The notes beneath the pieces were generated by a model that did not search any database, was not told the DNA's origin, and saw nothing but the letters and a program-made list of their open reading frames with translations. A DNA stretch of 64,000 nt from Allosphingosinicella sp. (GTDB lineage: Bacteria; Pseudomonadota; Alphaproteobacteria; Sphingomonadales; Sphingomonadaceae), in assembly GCA_036386795.1 (NCBI GenBank), contig DASVUZ010000062.1, positions 23,710 through 87,709 of the forward strand, written 5' to 3'. Made by a program: the position numbers and the translations under genes. Positions 10,141 to 19,613 of the stretch are shown here, one piece after another. Numbering within the stretch: position 1 is the first letter of the stretch; the number at the start of each line of letters is the position of its first letter.

Positions 10141-11112
10141 CTAGGGCGCGGACCTTTCCGGTTCGGCACGCGCCAGCACCAGGGCGAAGCGCGCTTCCTC
10201 GTCGGTCCATTCCTCGACCGGAGTCCAACCGCCGGCGAGAAGCAGGAGTCGGGCGTCGCGCTCGCCATATTTGTGGCTGTTCTCGGTGTGGATGGTCTCG
10301 CCCGAGCGCATCGAGAAGGGCGTTCCGGCCACTTCGAAAGCGACGTCGCGAAGCGCCTCGAGGTGCATCTCTATCCGGCTGAGCCGCTCGTTCCAGATCG
10401 CCCGGTGGCCGAAGGCGTCGAGCGGGATGTCGCCGTCAAGCTCGCGGTTGATTCGGGCGAGCAGGTTGAGGTTGAACTCGGCCGTCACTCCCGCGGAATC
10501 GTCATAGGCGCTGAGCAGTTCCGAGGGGTCCTTGACCCGGTCGAAGCCGATGAACAGCCAGGCGCCGGTTCCGAGCGTCTGGCGCATCGAGCGGAGCAGG
10601 TCAACGCCGGTCGAGGGGACCAAGTTGCCGATCGTCGAGCCGGGGAAGAAGCCGAGCTTGGGAGAGACGGCAAGCGGCTCCGGCAAGGGGAAGGGGCGGG
10701 TGAAATCGGCTTCGATCGGATAGACGGGGAGTCCGGGAAAGTCCTCGGCGAGCGAGCTTGCCGCGTCGCGAAGGAAATCGCCGCTGATGTCGACGGGCAC
10801 GTAGGCCGCCGGGCCGGCGGCGGCGAGCAGGATCCGAGTCTTCACGGAGGCGCCCGAGCCGAATTCGACGACGGCCTGGCCCGGTCCGGCGATCCGCGCG
10901 ACGTCGGGGCAATGGCGCTCGAGCAAAGCGGTTTCGGTGCGGGTCAGATAATATTCGGGAAGCCCGGTGATCGCCTCGAACAGCTCGGAGCCGCGGCGGT
11001 CGTAGAGCCAGCGCGCCGGGACGGCGCGGATCGGCGCCGCGAGCCCGGCGAGCACGGCGTCGCGAAAGGCCTGGTCGGCGAGCAGGGACGCGCGCGGGGC
11101 GTCCATCAGCAT
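10141..11112 (-). CDS. egtD: L-histidine N-alpha-methyltransferase
   Basis: YDRRGSELFEAIT.LPEYYLTRTE, VEFGSG, FPGSTIGN, YDDSAGVTAEFNLNLL, IHTENSHKY. Confidence 0.95.
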   Translation of the reverse strand: MLMDAPRASLLADQAFRDAVLAGLAAPIRAVPARWLYDRRGSELFEAITGLPEYYLTRTETALLERHCPDVARIAGPGQAVVEFGSGASVKTRILLAAAGPAAYVPVDISGDFLRDAASSLAEDFPGLPVYPIEADFTRPFPLPEPLAVSPKLGFFPGSTIGNLVPSTGVDLLRSMRQTLGTGAWLFIGFDRVKDPSELLSAYDDSAGVTAEFNLNLLARINRELDGDIPLDAFGHRAIWNERLSRIEMHLEALRDVAFEVAGTPFSMRSGETIHTENSHKYGERDARLLLLAGGWTPVEEWTDEEARFALVLARAEPERSAP

Positions 11113-11160
11113 CCGCCCGCATCGGCTAATAACGGTTTCCCCGACCCGATCGAGCGCATC

Positions 11161-12426
11161 CTAGAGGTCCCGGGCCAAGCGGAGTCCGGAGAACATCCAG
11201 CGCTGGTGGGGGTAGAAGAAGTTGCGGTAGCTGGACCGCATGTGGCCGCGCGGAGTGGCGCAGCTGCCGCCCCTCAGGACGAACTGATTGCACATGAACT
11301 TGCCATTATACTCTCCGACCGTGCCTTCCTGCGGGCGGTAGCCGGGATAAGGCGAATAGGCGCTCATCGTCCATTCCCACAGATCGCCGAACATCTGGCG
11401 AAGGCCCGTCCCCGCGGCCGCCGCGGCCGGCCTCGCCGGGCCCGCCGAATCGAGCTGGTTGCCGCCGGCGGGGTCCAGCGGCGAGGCCGCCGACTCCCAT
11501 TCCTCCTCCCGAGGGAGGCGGGCGCCGGACCAGCGGGCGAAAGCGTCGGCCTCGTACCAGGCGATGTGGCAGACCGGCTCGGCGGGGGCGAGCGGGCGGG
11601 CGCCGTCCAGGCCGAAGCGGCTCCAGCCGTCTTTGTCGCGAATCCAGTAGAGCGGCGCCTCGATCCGGTTCTCGGCCGCCCAGGCCCATCCGTCCGCCAT
11701 CCACAGCTCCGGCCGGGCGTAGCCGCCGTCCTCGATGAAGCCGAGCCATTCGGCATTGGTGACCAGCCGGTCGGCGAGCGCGTGCGGGTGGAGCAGCGCC
11801 GAGTGCCGGGGGCCCTCGCAGTCGAAGGCGAAGCCGCGGCCGTCATGGCCGATCTCGCACAGGCCCGCTTGACCCTCGATCCACTCGAGGGGAGGGGCGA
11901 GCGGCGCCGGCGCCGGGGCGCCCGGGGGCCAGAGCGCGGGGCGGAGCGGATTCTCGGCGAAGGCGGCCTGGATATCCATCAGCATCAGCTCCTGATGCTG
12001 CTGCTCGTGGTTGAGACCCAGCTCGACCAGCGCCAGCGCTTCCCCGGGCAGGTTGGGGAAGGCGGCGACCAGGGCTTCGTCGACATAGGCTCGCCAGGCG
12101 AGGATCTCGTCCAGGTGCGGGCGGCTCAGCATGCCGCGGCGGGCCCGCGGGTGCCGGTCGCCCTCGCCTTCGTAATAGGAATTGAACAGATAGGCCCAGC
12201 TTTCGTCCCAGGGGCGGTGGCCGGGGACATGGTCGCGAAGCACGAAGGTCTCGAGGAACCAGCTGCCGTGGGCGAGATGCCACTTGGCGGGCGAGGCGTC
12301 GGGCATGGGCTGAAGGGTCGCGTCCGAGTCGGAAAGCGGCGCGGCGATCGCCTCGCTCAGAGCTCGCACGGCCCGGTAGCGCTCGGCCAGCGACGCACCG
12401 GGCGAAGGATGTGACTGGGTCGCCAT
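11161..12426 (-). CDS. egtB: Ergothioneine biosynthesis sulfoxide synthase
   Basis: SPAKWHLAH, LFNSYY, HEQQHQEL iron ligands, FGE-sulfatase-like C-terminus, EYNGKFM, NFFYPHQRW. Confidence 0.95.
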   Translation of the reverse strand: MATQSHPSPGASLAERYRAVRALSEAIAAPLSDSDATLQPMPDASPAKWHLAHGSWFLETFVLRDHVPGHRPWDESWAYLFNSYYEGEGDRHPRARRGMLSRPHLDEILAWRAYVDEALVAAFPNLPGEALALVELGLNHEQQHQELMLMDIQAAFAENPLRPALWPPGAPAPAPLAPPLEWIEGQAGLCEIGHDGRGFAFDCEGPRHSALLHPHALADRLVTNAEWLGFIEDGGYARPELWMADGWAWAAENRIEAPLYWIRDKDGWSRFGLDGARPLAPAEPVCHIAWYEADAFARWSGARLPREEEWESAASPLDPAGGNQLDSAGPARPAAAAAGTGLRQMFGDLWEWTMSAYSPYPGYRPQEGTVGEYNGKFMCNQFVLRGGSCATPRGHMRSSYRNFFYPHQRWMFSGLRLARDL

Positions 12427-12517
12427 CCGGGGCTCCTACACCAAAATATTGATGGAGGTTAGGCGTCCTCGCCGCCGGGTGGCCGCCGGCGCGTTCCGTA
12501 GCCGGCCGGGACCCAAT

Positions 12518-12599
12518 CCGTTCGGGCTGAGCTTGTCGAAGCCTTCCCTTCCCTCTGCAAGGCAATAAGACAGCCCTTCGACAGGCTCAGGGCGAACGG
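12518..12599. repeat. REP-like palindrome (CCGTTC...GAACGG family)
   Basis: CCGTTCGGGCTGAGCTTGTCGAAG pairs with CTTCGACAGGCTCAGGGCGAACGG. Confidence 0.75.
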
Positions 12600-12629
12600 G
12601 TGGGGGGTTCAACCTAATCCCATAACGCC

Positions 12630-13199
12630 CTAGCGCGTGGCGCCCGGCTTCCAGAGGACTTCGCCGCCTTCGCCGGCGGCGGCGAGCCGGGCCATTACGA
12701 AGAGATGGTCGGAGAGCCGGTTCAGGTAAATGAGGGCGGGGGGGTTGAGCGGCGCGGCCGAGGAGGCGGCGACGGCGGAGCGTTCCGCCCGGCGGACGAT
12801 GGCCCGGGCGAGGTGGATCGCCGCCGCTCCGCCGCCCCCGCCCGGCAGGATGAAGCTTCGAAGCGGCTCGAGCCGCTCGTTCATCGAGTCGATCTCGAGC
12901 TCGAGCCGGTCGATCTGCGGCTGGACGATGCGCAGAGCCATGTCGGACGGGGCGAAATCCTCGCCGGGGGTGGCGAGGTCGGCGCCGAGGTCGAACAATT
13001 CGTTCTGGATCGCGGTCAGCATCCGCCGCTGCGCCTCGTCCGCGACCTGGAGGATGGCGAGGCCGATCGCGCTATTGGCTTCGTCGACGTCGCCGATCGC
13101 CGCGAAGATGGGGTCGGCCTTGGACCGGCGGGAGCCGTCGGTGAGGCCGGACGCCCCCCTATCCCCGGTCCGGGTATAGATCTTGTTGAGCCGGACCAG
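12630..13199 (-). CDS. Cob(I)yrinic acid a,c-diamide adenosyltransferase (PduO type), probable CTG start
   Basis: Frame extends 59 codons upstream of the track ORF to (CTG)VRLNKIYTRTGD; also GDVDEANS, QNELFDLGADL, YLNRLSD. Confidence 0.9.
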   Translation of the reverse strand: MVRLNKIYTRTGDRGASGLTDGSRRSKADPIFAAIGDVDEANSAIGLAILQVADEAQRRMLTAIQNELFDLGADLATPGEDFAPSDMALRIVQPQIDRLELEIDSMNERLEPLRSFILPGGGGGAAAIHLARAIVRRAERSAVAASSAAPLNPPALIYLNRLSDHLFVMARLAAAGEGGEVLWKPGATR

Positions 13200-13202
13200 G
13201 GC

Positions 13203-13406
13203 TCAGCTCTTTCCGCCGACGACGAGCAGGAAGAGGATGACGAGGACGATCGCGACCGCCTGGAACATCACCCGCTTGCGCATCAGGTCCTGGGAGCGGG
13301 CGCCGGTAATGTCCTTGCCCGAAGCCATTCCGATCACGCCCTTGGCGAGGACGAAGAGGGTGGCTCCGGCGGCGAGGACGATCAGGATGACGAGGAATGT
13401 GCTCAT
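13203..13406 (-). CDS. Twin-transmembrane small protein (HIG1-like)
   Basis: 67 aa, two TM helices, SQDLMRKRVMFQA. Confidence 0.8.
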   Translation of the reverse strand: MSTFLVILIVLAAGATLFVLAKGVIGMASGKDITGARSQDLMRKRVMFQAVAIVLVILFLLVVGGKS

Positions 13407-13415
13407 CGCGCCTAT

Positions 13416-14282
13416 CTAGGCCTCCCCGACCGAATATCCAGAAGGCAATCGTCCGGCGAGCAGGTCCGCCGCCAGCTTCGTCGGGTCTGCGCCCGTCTTC
13501 CGAAGGGCGTCCAGCTCCGGCGCTCCGTTCCGCTTGGCGAGGCGGCGGCCGTCGGCGCCGAGCAGCAGCGGATGGTGGTGGTAGCGCGGGACCGGAAGCC
13601 CCAGCAGGGCCTGGAGCAGGCGGTGCACGTCGGTGGCGGCGTAGAGGTCGCGGCCGCGCACGACGTCCGTCACGCCCTGGCCGGCGTCGTCGACGGTGAC
13701 CGCGAGATGGTAGCTCGTCGGAGCGTCCTTGCGGGCGAGGACGACGTCGCCATGGGCCTTCGGCTCCGCCTGCACCTCGGTATCGCCGTCGTTCCAGTAG
13801 AGCGGACCCGCCTCGGCCGAGGCCCTCGCCGAGTCGAGGCGCCAGGCATGCGGCTCGGCGGCCGCCCGGTGGGCCCGCTCCTCGGGCGCCAGGGCGCGGC
13901 AGGTGCCCGGATAGAGCGGTCCGTCCGGCCCGTGCGGCGCGGCGGCGCTGGCGGCGATCTCGGCGGCGATCGCGGAGCGGGTGCAGAAGCAGGGATAGAC
14001 GAGGCCAGCGCTCTTCAGCCGACCGAGCGCTTCGGCGTAGTGGTCGAGCCGCTCGGACTGGAAGAGAATCTCGCCGTCCCAGTCGATGCCGAGCCAGGCG
14101 AGATCCTCGATGATCGAATCGACATGCTCGGCCCGGGATCGGCCGGGGTCGATATCCTCGATCCTGAGAAGGAAGGCTCCGCCCCGGCTGCGGGCGAAAT
14201 CGTGCGCGAGCAGGGCCGACAAAGCGTGGCCCAAATGCAACCGTCCGGTCGGGCTCGGAGCGAAACGCGTGACGACGCGCAT
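13416..14282 (-). CDS. gluQ: Glutamyl-Q tRNA(Asp) synthetase
   Basis: TRFAPSPTG.LHLGH, LRIEDID, YPCFCTR, YHLAVTVDD, VRGRDL, LAKR; no anticodon-binding domain. Confidence 0.9.
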   Translation of the reverse strand: MRVVTRFAPSPTGRLHLGHALSALLAHDFARSRGGAFLLRIEDIDPGRSRAEHVDSIIEDLAWLGIDWDGEILFQSERLDHYAEALGRLKSAGLVYPCFCTRSAIAAEIAASAAAPHGPDGPLYPGTCRALAPEERAHRAAAEPHAWRLDSARASAEAGPLYWNDGDTEVQAEPKAHGDVVLARKDAPTSYHLAVTVDDAGQGVTDVVRGRDLYAATDVHRLLQALLGLPVPRYHHHPLLLGADGRRLAKRNGAPELDALRKTGADPTKLAADLLAGRLPSGYSVGEA

Positions 14283-14432
14283 CAGCGGTCTTGACCCGGA
14301 GAGTCGCGCCATGCTGTCATGGCTTCGTCACCCTCCCGTGGGAGGGGGGCTTGGACAGGGGCAGGGCTTCCCAGTCCTGGGTGCGACAGGCCGGGCGTCT
14401 TTCCCCATGACGACGGGGCGAATGCGCGGCGC

Positions 14433-14999
14433 ATGTACCATCCCGACCTTCTCCGCCATCCGGACGCCTGCCCGGCGCTGGTGCTCAACGCCGACTACAC
14501 GCCGCTGAGCTATTATCCGCTCAGCCTGTGGCCGTGGCAGACGGCGGTCAAGGCCGTGTTCCTCGAGCGGGTCGACATCGTCGCCCAATATGTCCGCGAG
14601 GTGCACAGCCCGACCCGCACCCTTCAGCTGCCCTCGGTGATCGCTCTCAGGCAATATGTCCGGCCGAGCGAGAATCCCGCCTTCACCCGGTTCAACCTGT
14701 TCCTTCGCGACCGGTTCGAATGCCAATATTGCTCGGCCACCGCCGAGCTCACCTTCGACCATGTCGTTCCGCGCGCCCAGGGCGGACGCACGACCTGGGA
14801 GAATGTCGCCACCGCCTGCGCGCCCTGCAACCTCCGGAAGGGCGGCCGGACGCCCGCCCAGGCGCGGATGAACCTCAACCGCCGCCCCTACCGGCCGACT
14901 AGCTGGCAGCTTCAGGAGCATGGCCGGAGCTTCCCGCCCAATTACCTGCACGAGAGCTGGCGCGATTATCTCTATTGGGACATCGAGCTGGAGGCCTGA
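14433..14999 (+). CDS. HNH endonuclease
   Basis: LVLNADY, CQYC, TFDHVVPR..GG, W.NVATACAPCNLRKG. Confidence 0.9.
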   Translation: MYHPDLLRHPDACPALVLNADYTPLSYYPLSLWPWQTAVKAVFLERVDIVAQYVREVHSPTRTLQLPSVIALRQYVRPSENPAFTRFNLFLRDRFECQYCSATAELTFDHVVPRAQGGRTTWENVATACAPCNLRKGGRTPAQARMNLNRRPYRPTSWQLQEHGRSFPPNYLHESWRDYLYWDIELEA

Positions 15000-15489
15000 A
15001 CGCCCGCCCGAAGGGCCGGAAGTTCCGAAGTTGGCCGAAAAATAAAAATCCTTCCGATCAGTCGTGCGCCATTGATCGGTTTTCCCGATTTATCGGGGGC
15101 CGCGTAAGTCGCGACGCCGATTCCGTTCTCACGATAGGAAAGAGCCAGGTCAGGACATAGCATGAACCAACCCAATGCTCAATTCGTGCTTCCGCGCCCG
15201 CGGACGAAACGATCGGCCCACTTTTCCGGGCGCCGGCCGGGGCGTCCGGTGGACGGCGCCGGACGCGCGCCGGAGCGTTGCCGGGCTCCCGCCGGCCCAG
15301 TGCGGGGCCGGTGCGGGGCCTCTGCCGGGCCGGTGCCGTGCGCTGCCGGGCCGGTGCGGCGGGGCGGGATGGCGGGCGGCGGAACTCCTCGCGCCCCCTT
15401 TGCAAAAGTTTGCAAAGGAGCGCCCGCACTCCGCGGCGACTCGCCCGCAAGGACAGCTTTTCGATTGCGCGGCGGGGGCGGGCGCGGCC

Positions 15490-17379
15490 ATGAGGCAGGC
15501 GATGAGCGACGCCGCCTCCCGTATCGTGGATCTGGTCCGGCGCGGCGATCTTGCCGCGGCGGAAGCGCTTGGCCACTCGGCGCTGAGCGAGCGGCCGGGG
15601 GATATCGAGGCGAGGGTCGCACTCGCCAACCTCAAGGCGATGAAGGGGGACGTCGCCGGAGCCGAGGCCTTGTGCACGACGGATGCGCCCGAGCTGCTCC
15701 GGCTCAGGGGCTATTTGCTTCTGTCGCAGGGCCGGGCCGGGGAGGCCGCGGGCTGCTACGAGCGGATCGTCGAGGCCGACCCCTCCGACTGGGAGATCTG
15801 GAACAATCTCGGCAACGCGCGAAGCGCCGCCGGCGACCTTTCCGGGGCGGTCGACGCGCTCGGCCGGGCGCGGCGGCTTCGCCCCGATCTCGCTCCGATC
15901 CAGTTCAACTATGCGACGTGCCTCGCCGCCGCCGGCCGGCTCGAGGAGAGCCTGGAGCCTTATGCGCAGGCGGCCCGGCTCGAGCCGGGCAATCCGGCGC
16001 CGGCGCTCGCGCTCGGCAAGCTGCTTCGCCATCTCGGCCGCAATCGCGAGGCGATCGAGCCGCTGGGCGACGCCGCCCGGCTCGCCCGTCGCGAAGCCGA
16101 GGCCCAGGTCGAGCTCGGACGCGCGCATGCCGGGCTCGCCGAGCTGGACGCGGCCGAGGCCGCCTATCGCGAGGCGCTGCGCCGGCAGCCCGGGCTCGCA
16201 ATCGCCTTCCTCGAGCTCGGAATCGTCCTCGAGCGCGGCAACCGGATCGAGGGACTCGGCCCGCTTCTTGGCGAAGCCCGGGCGCAGGGGGTTCCGGCCG
16301 GCGACCTCGCCTATCTCGACGCGCTTCGCCTCCGCGACGAGGGGCGGATCGACGAAGCCCTCGAAGCCGCGCGGCGGGCGCCGGCGCAGTTCGAGCCGGG
16401 GCGAAGGGCGCTTCTGATCGGCAAGCTCGCCGACCGGGCCGGCGATTCCGAGGCGGCATTCGAGGCGTTCCGCGAGGCGAATGCGATCGCCGCGGCGGAG
16501 CCGGCCGCGGCCGGCGCCGACGCCGCGGGGTTCCGGCGAAGGGTCGAGGCCCTGACCGATTTGGTGTCGCCCGGCTGGGCGGCGGGATGGGTTCCCGCCG
16601 GCCCGGCCGAGCGGGCGCCACCGGCCTTCCTGGTCGGCTTCCCCCGCTCGGGAACGACCCTGCTCGACACGGTGCTGATGGGCCATAAGTCGATCGAAAT
16701 TCTCGAGGAGGAGCCGATCCTCGAGCGGGTCGGAGACAAGCTTGGCGGCTTCGAGCGGCTGCCGGGGCTCGGCGCGGACGAGATTGCGAGCCTGCGCGCG
16801 CTCTATTTCGAGCAGATGGACCGGCTTCTCCCGGAAGCGGCCGGAAGCACGGTGATCGACAAGCTTCCGCTCAACCTGCTCGCGGCGCCGCTAATCCATC
16901 GGCTGTTTCCCGACGCTTCTATCGTCTTCGCCCAGCGCCACCCCTGCGACGTCGTCCTGTCCTGCTTCATGCAGGGCTTCGAGCTCAACGACGCCATGGC
17001 CAATTTCCTCGACCTCGGCGACTCGGCGCGCCTCTACGACCTCGTCCTCGGCTTCTGGGAGAAATGCCGCGACTCGCTGCCGCTGAAGGTCCACGTCGTC
17101 CGCTACGAGGCGCTGGTCGAGGATGTCGAGAGCGAGGCGAGGAGCCTGCTCGATTTCCTCGCCTTGCCCTGGGACCCCGCCGTGCTCGACCACCAGCGCA
17201 CCGCCCAGGCGCGAGGCACGATCAGCACTCCCAGCTATTCGCAGGTCATCCAGCCCATCTATCGCGAGTCGAGCGGGCGCTGGGAGCGTTACCGCGAGCA
17301 AATGGCGCCGGTCCTCCCGATCCTCGCGCCCTGGGCGCTTCGCCTCGGCTACGGCGACATCCTCCAGCCGGAGCGCTGA
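15490..17379 (+). CDS. TPR-repeat sulfotransferase family protein
   Basis: N-terminal TPRs; PAPS motif FLVGFPRSGTTLL, IDKLPLN, RHPCDVVLSC, STPSYSQV. Start uncertain (15490 or 15502). Confidence 0.85.
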   Translation: MRQAMSDAASRIVDLVRRGDLAAAEALGHSALSERPGDIEARVALANLKAMKGDVAGAEALCTTDAPELLRLRGYLLLSQGRAGEAAGCYERIVEADPSDWEIWNNLGNARSAAGDLSGAVDALGRARRLRPDLAPIQFNYATCLAAAGRLEESLEPYAQAARLEPGNPAPALALGKLLRHLGRNREAIEPLGDAARLARREAEAQVELGRAHAGLAELDAAEAAYREALRRQPGLAIAFLELGIVLERGNRIEGLGPLLGEARAQGVPAGDLAYLDALRLRDEGRIDEALEAARRAPAQFEPGRRALLIGKLADRAGDSEAAFEAFREANAIAAAEPAAAGADAAGFRRRVEALTDLVSPGWAAGWVPAGPAERAPPAFLVGFPRSGTTLLDTVLMGHKSIEILEEEPILERVGDKLGGFERLPGLGADEIASLRALYFEQMDRLLPEAAGSTVIDKLPLNLLAAPLIHRLFPDASIVFAQRHPCDVVLSCFMQGFELNDAMANFLDLGDSARLYDLVLGFWEKCRDSLPLKVHVVRYEALVEDVESEARSLLDFLALPWDPAVLDHQRTAQARGTISTPSYSQVIQPIYRESSGRWERYREQMAPVLPILAPWALRLGYGDILQPER

Positions 17380-17383
17380 GCCG

Positions 17384-18982
17384 ATGCGGGATTTCTCGCA
17401 GCTGCTCGACGGCCTCGTCTACACCCGCTCGCGAAACGCCAAGCTCAAGCTGATCGGCGATTATCTTCGCCGCACGCCCGATCCCGACCGAGGCTATGCC
17501 CTGGCCGCCCTGACCGGCGAGCTCGACCTGCCCGGAGTGAAGCCCGCGGCGATCCGGGCGATCGTCGAGGAGCGCGTCGATCCCACGCTCTTCTACATGA
17601 GCTGGGACTATGTCGGGGACATGGCCGAGACGGTCTCGCTGCTGTGGCCGAAGCGGATCGACCAGCCCGCCGAGATCGACGACGGGTCCCTTCGGATCGC
17701 CAATGTCGTCGAGCGGCTTCAGACCCTCGGCCGGGCGGAGGCGCCGGGCGCGCTCGCCGGGATGCTCGACCATCTCGACGCCAGCGGCCGCTACGCCTTG
17801 CTCAAGCTGGCGACCGGCGAATTGAGGATCGGCGTTTCGGCCCGGCTCGCCAAGACGGCCGTGGCGCAGGCCTTCGGACTCGATGTCGATGCGGTCGAGG
17901 AGGTCTGGCACGGCCTCGGCCCGCCCTACCTTCCGCTCTTCGCCTGGGCGGAGGGGCGGGGGCCGCAGCCGACGGCCGAGGACGTGCCGGTCTTCCGGCC
18001 CTTCATGCTCGCCCACCCGCTCGAGGATTTGCGGGTCTCGCTCGACGATTATGCGGCGGAGTGGAAATGGGACGGGATCCGCGTCCAGATCGTCCGGGCC
18101 GGAGGCGAGACCCGGCTCTACAGCCGGGCCGGCGACGACATCAGCCGCTCCTTCCCGGAAGTGGCCGAAGCGTTCGGCGTCGACGCAGCGGTCGACGGCG
18201 AATTGCTGGTCAAGGGGGAGTTTCAGGGCGCCGACGCCCATGGCGGCGCGGCGGCGAGCTTCAACGCCCTTCAGCAGCGGCTTGGGCGAAAGCTCGTCTC
18301 GGCGAAGATGCTGAAGGACTATCCCGCCTTCGTCCGATTGTACGACATCCTGTTCGACGGGCGCGAGGATTTGCGGCCGCTCCCCTGGGAGAAGAGGCGG
18401 GCCCGCCTTGCGGCGCTCGTGCCCCGGCTCGACCCCGACCGGTTCGACCTGTCCGCGCTGATCGAGGCGGAGGGCTTCGAGGCGCTGGAGGAGATTCGCG
18501 CCGGAGCCCGCGACGCCTCGATCGAGGGGGTGATGCTGAAGCGGCGCGACAGCCCCTATACGACGGGCCGCCGGACCGGCCTCTGGTACAAGTGGAAGCG
18601 CGACCCGCTCGTCGCCGACTGCGTGCTGATGTACGCCCAGCGCGGAAGCGGCAAGCGCTCCTCTTATTATTCGGACTTCACCTTCGGCTGCTGGACCCAA
18701 GAGGGCGAGCTGCTCCCGGTCGGCAAGGCCTATTTCGGATTCACCGACGAGGAATTGCTGTGGCTGGACCGGTTCGTTCGGACGCGGACGGTGCAGCGCT
18801 TCGGCCCGGTCCGCGAGGTGGAGAAGAGCCTGGTCCTCGAAGTCGCGTTCGATTCGATCCATTCGAGCAAGCGCCACAAGTCCGGCCTCGCCATGCGCTT
18901 TCCGCGAATCTCCAGGATCCGGACCGACAAGCCGGCCTCCGAGGCGGATTCGATCGAGGCCCTGAAGCGGCTCGCGACCTAG
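17384..18982 (+). CDS. ATP-dependent DNA ligase (DNA-damage-response type)
   Basis: PFMLAHP, motif I EWKWDGIR, VDGEL, EGVMLK, WYKWK, RFPRI. Confidence 0.92.
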   Translation: MRDFSQLLDGLVYTRSRNAKLKLIGDYLRRTPDPDRGYALAALTGELDLPGVKPAAIRAIVEERVDPTLFYMSWDYVGDMAETVSLLWPKRIDQPAEIDDGSLRIANVVERLQTLGRAEAPGALAGMLDHLDASGRYALLKLATGELRIGVSARLAKTAVAQAFGLDVDAVEEVWHGLGPPYLPLFAWAEGRGPQPTAEDVPVFRPFMLAHPLEDLRVSLDDYAAEWKWDGIRVQIVRAGGETRLYSRAGDDISRSFPEVAEAFGVDAAVDGELLVKGEFQGADAHGGAAASFNALQQRLGRKLVSAKMLKDYPAFVRLYDILFDGREDLRPLPWEKRRARLAALVPRLDPDRFDLSALIEAEGFEALEEIRAGARDASIEGVMLKRRDSPYTTGRRTGLWYKWKRDPLVADCVLMYAQRGSGKRSSYYSDFTFGCWTQEGELLPVGKAYFGFTDEELLWLDRFVRTRTVQRFGPVREVEKSLVLEVAFDSIHSSKRHKSGLAMRFPRISRIRTDKPASEADSIEALKRLAT

Positions 18983-19007
18983 CTCGAGCCGCTCGAGGAG
19001 ACCAAAT

Positions 19008-19094
19008 CCGTCATTGCGACCGCGGCGAAGCAATCCGGCGCCGCCTCCGACGCGCGGCCGGATTGCCGAGTCGCTTCGCTCCCCGCAATGACGG
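19008..19094. repeat. REP-like palindrome (CCGTCATTGCG family)
   Basis: CCGTCATTGCG..GCGAAGCAATCC pairs with GGATTGC..TCGC..CGCAATGACGG. Confidence 0.75.
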
Positions 19095-19224
19095 GCGCCT
19101 GGCGTCCATTAACCTTTGGCCCGCCCCTTTCCCCTTTTGGAACGGTGAAAATCGAGGGGCTGACAAGGCCGCCGCGGTGGAACAAGCCACAATTGCGAAA
19201 CTGCCTTTTCAAGGGGTTAAGGTC

Positions 19225-19479
19225 ATGGCGAGCTTCAATCTCGAAATGCAGGAGGAGGTCTTCCCGCACGATCCGCAGCAGCGCGGCTATTGCATCCAGT
19301 ATCGCGAGGACGAGGTGAACCACTGCCCCGGCTGCGGGCGCACCCACTGGTATGTGGGCCGGGTCTCGGCCGAATGCGGCTTCTGCTCGACCGCGCTGCC
19401 GCTCGCGACGGCGAGCAGCCGAGGCGCCGGAACCCACAGCCGGGGCCACCGGCCGATGGAGCTGAGGGACGCGGCGTAA
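19225..19479 (+). CDS. Small putative zinc-ribbon protein
   Basis: 84 aa from ATG 19225; CPGC-x12-CGFC (NHCPGCGRTHWYVGRVSAECGFC). Confidence 0.65.
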   Translation: MASFNLEMQEEVFPHDPQQRGYCIQYREDEVNHCPGCGRTHWYVGRVSAECGFCSTALPLATASSRGAGTHSRGHRPMELRDAA

Positions 19480-19480
19480 G

Positions 19481-19597
19481 CCGTCGTCCCGGCGGAAGCC
19501 GGAGGGCGTAAGTCGTCATCCCGGCGGAAGCCGGGACCTCAGGACAAGACGTCCCGGGTGGGTCTCCCCGAGATCCCGGCTTTCGCCGGGATGACGG
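19481..19597. repeat. REP-like palindrome (GTCATCCCGGCGGAAGCCGGG family) with a duplicated left arm
   Basis: 30-bp unit at 19473-19502 and 19505-19534 (2 mismatches); inverted arm CCCGGCTTTCGCCGGGATGACGG. Confidence 0.75.
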
Positions 19598-19613
19598 CGC
19601 GCTTTGCGCGCCG

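Noticed and set aside
12427-12517. Riboswitch or ECF promoter upstream of egtB
   Set aside because: GGAAC is present but without a correctly spaced CGTT, and no recognisable aptamer
14433-14999. HNH nuclease as a mobile or defence gene
   Set aside because: It sits in core context beside gluQ with host-like codon style, outside the island
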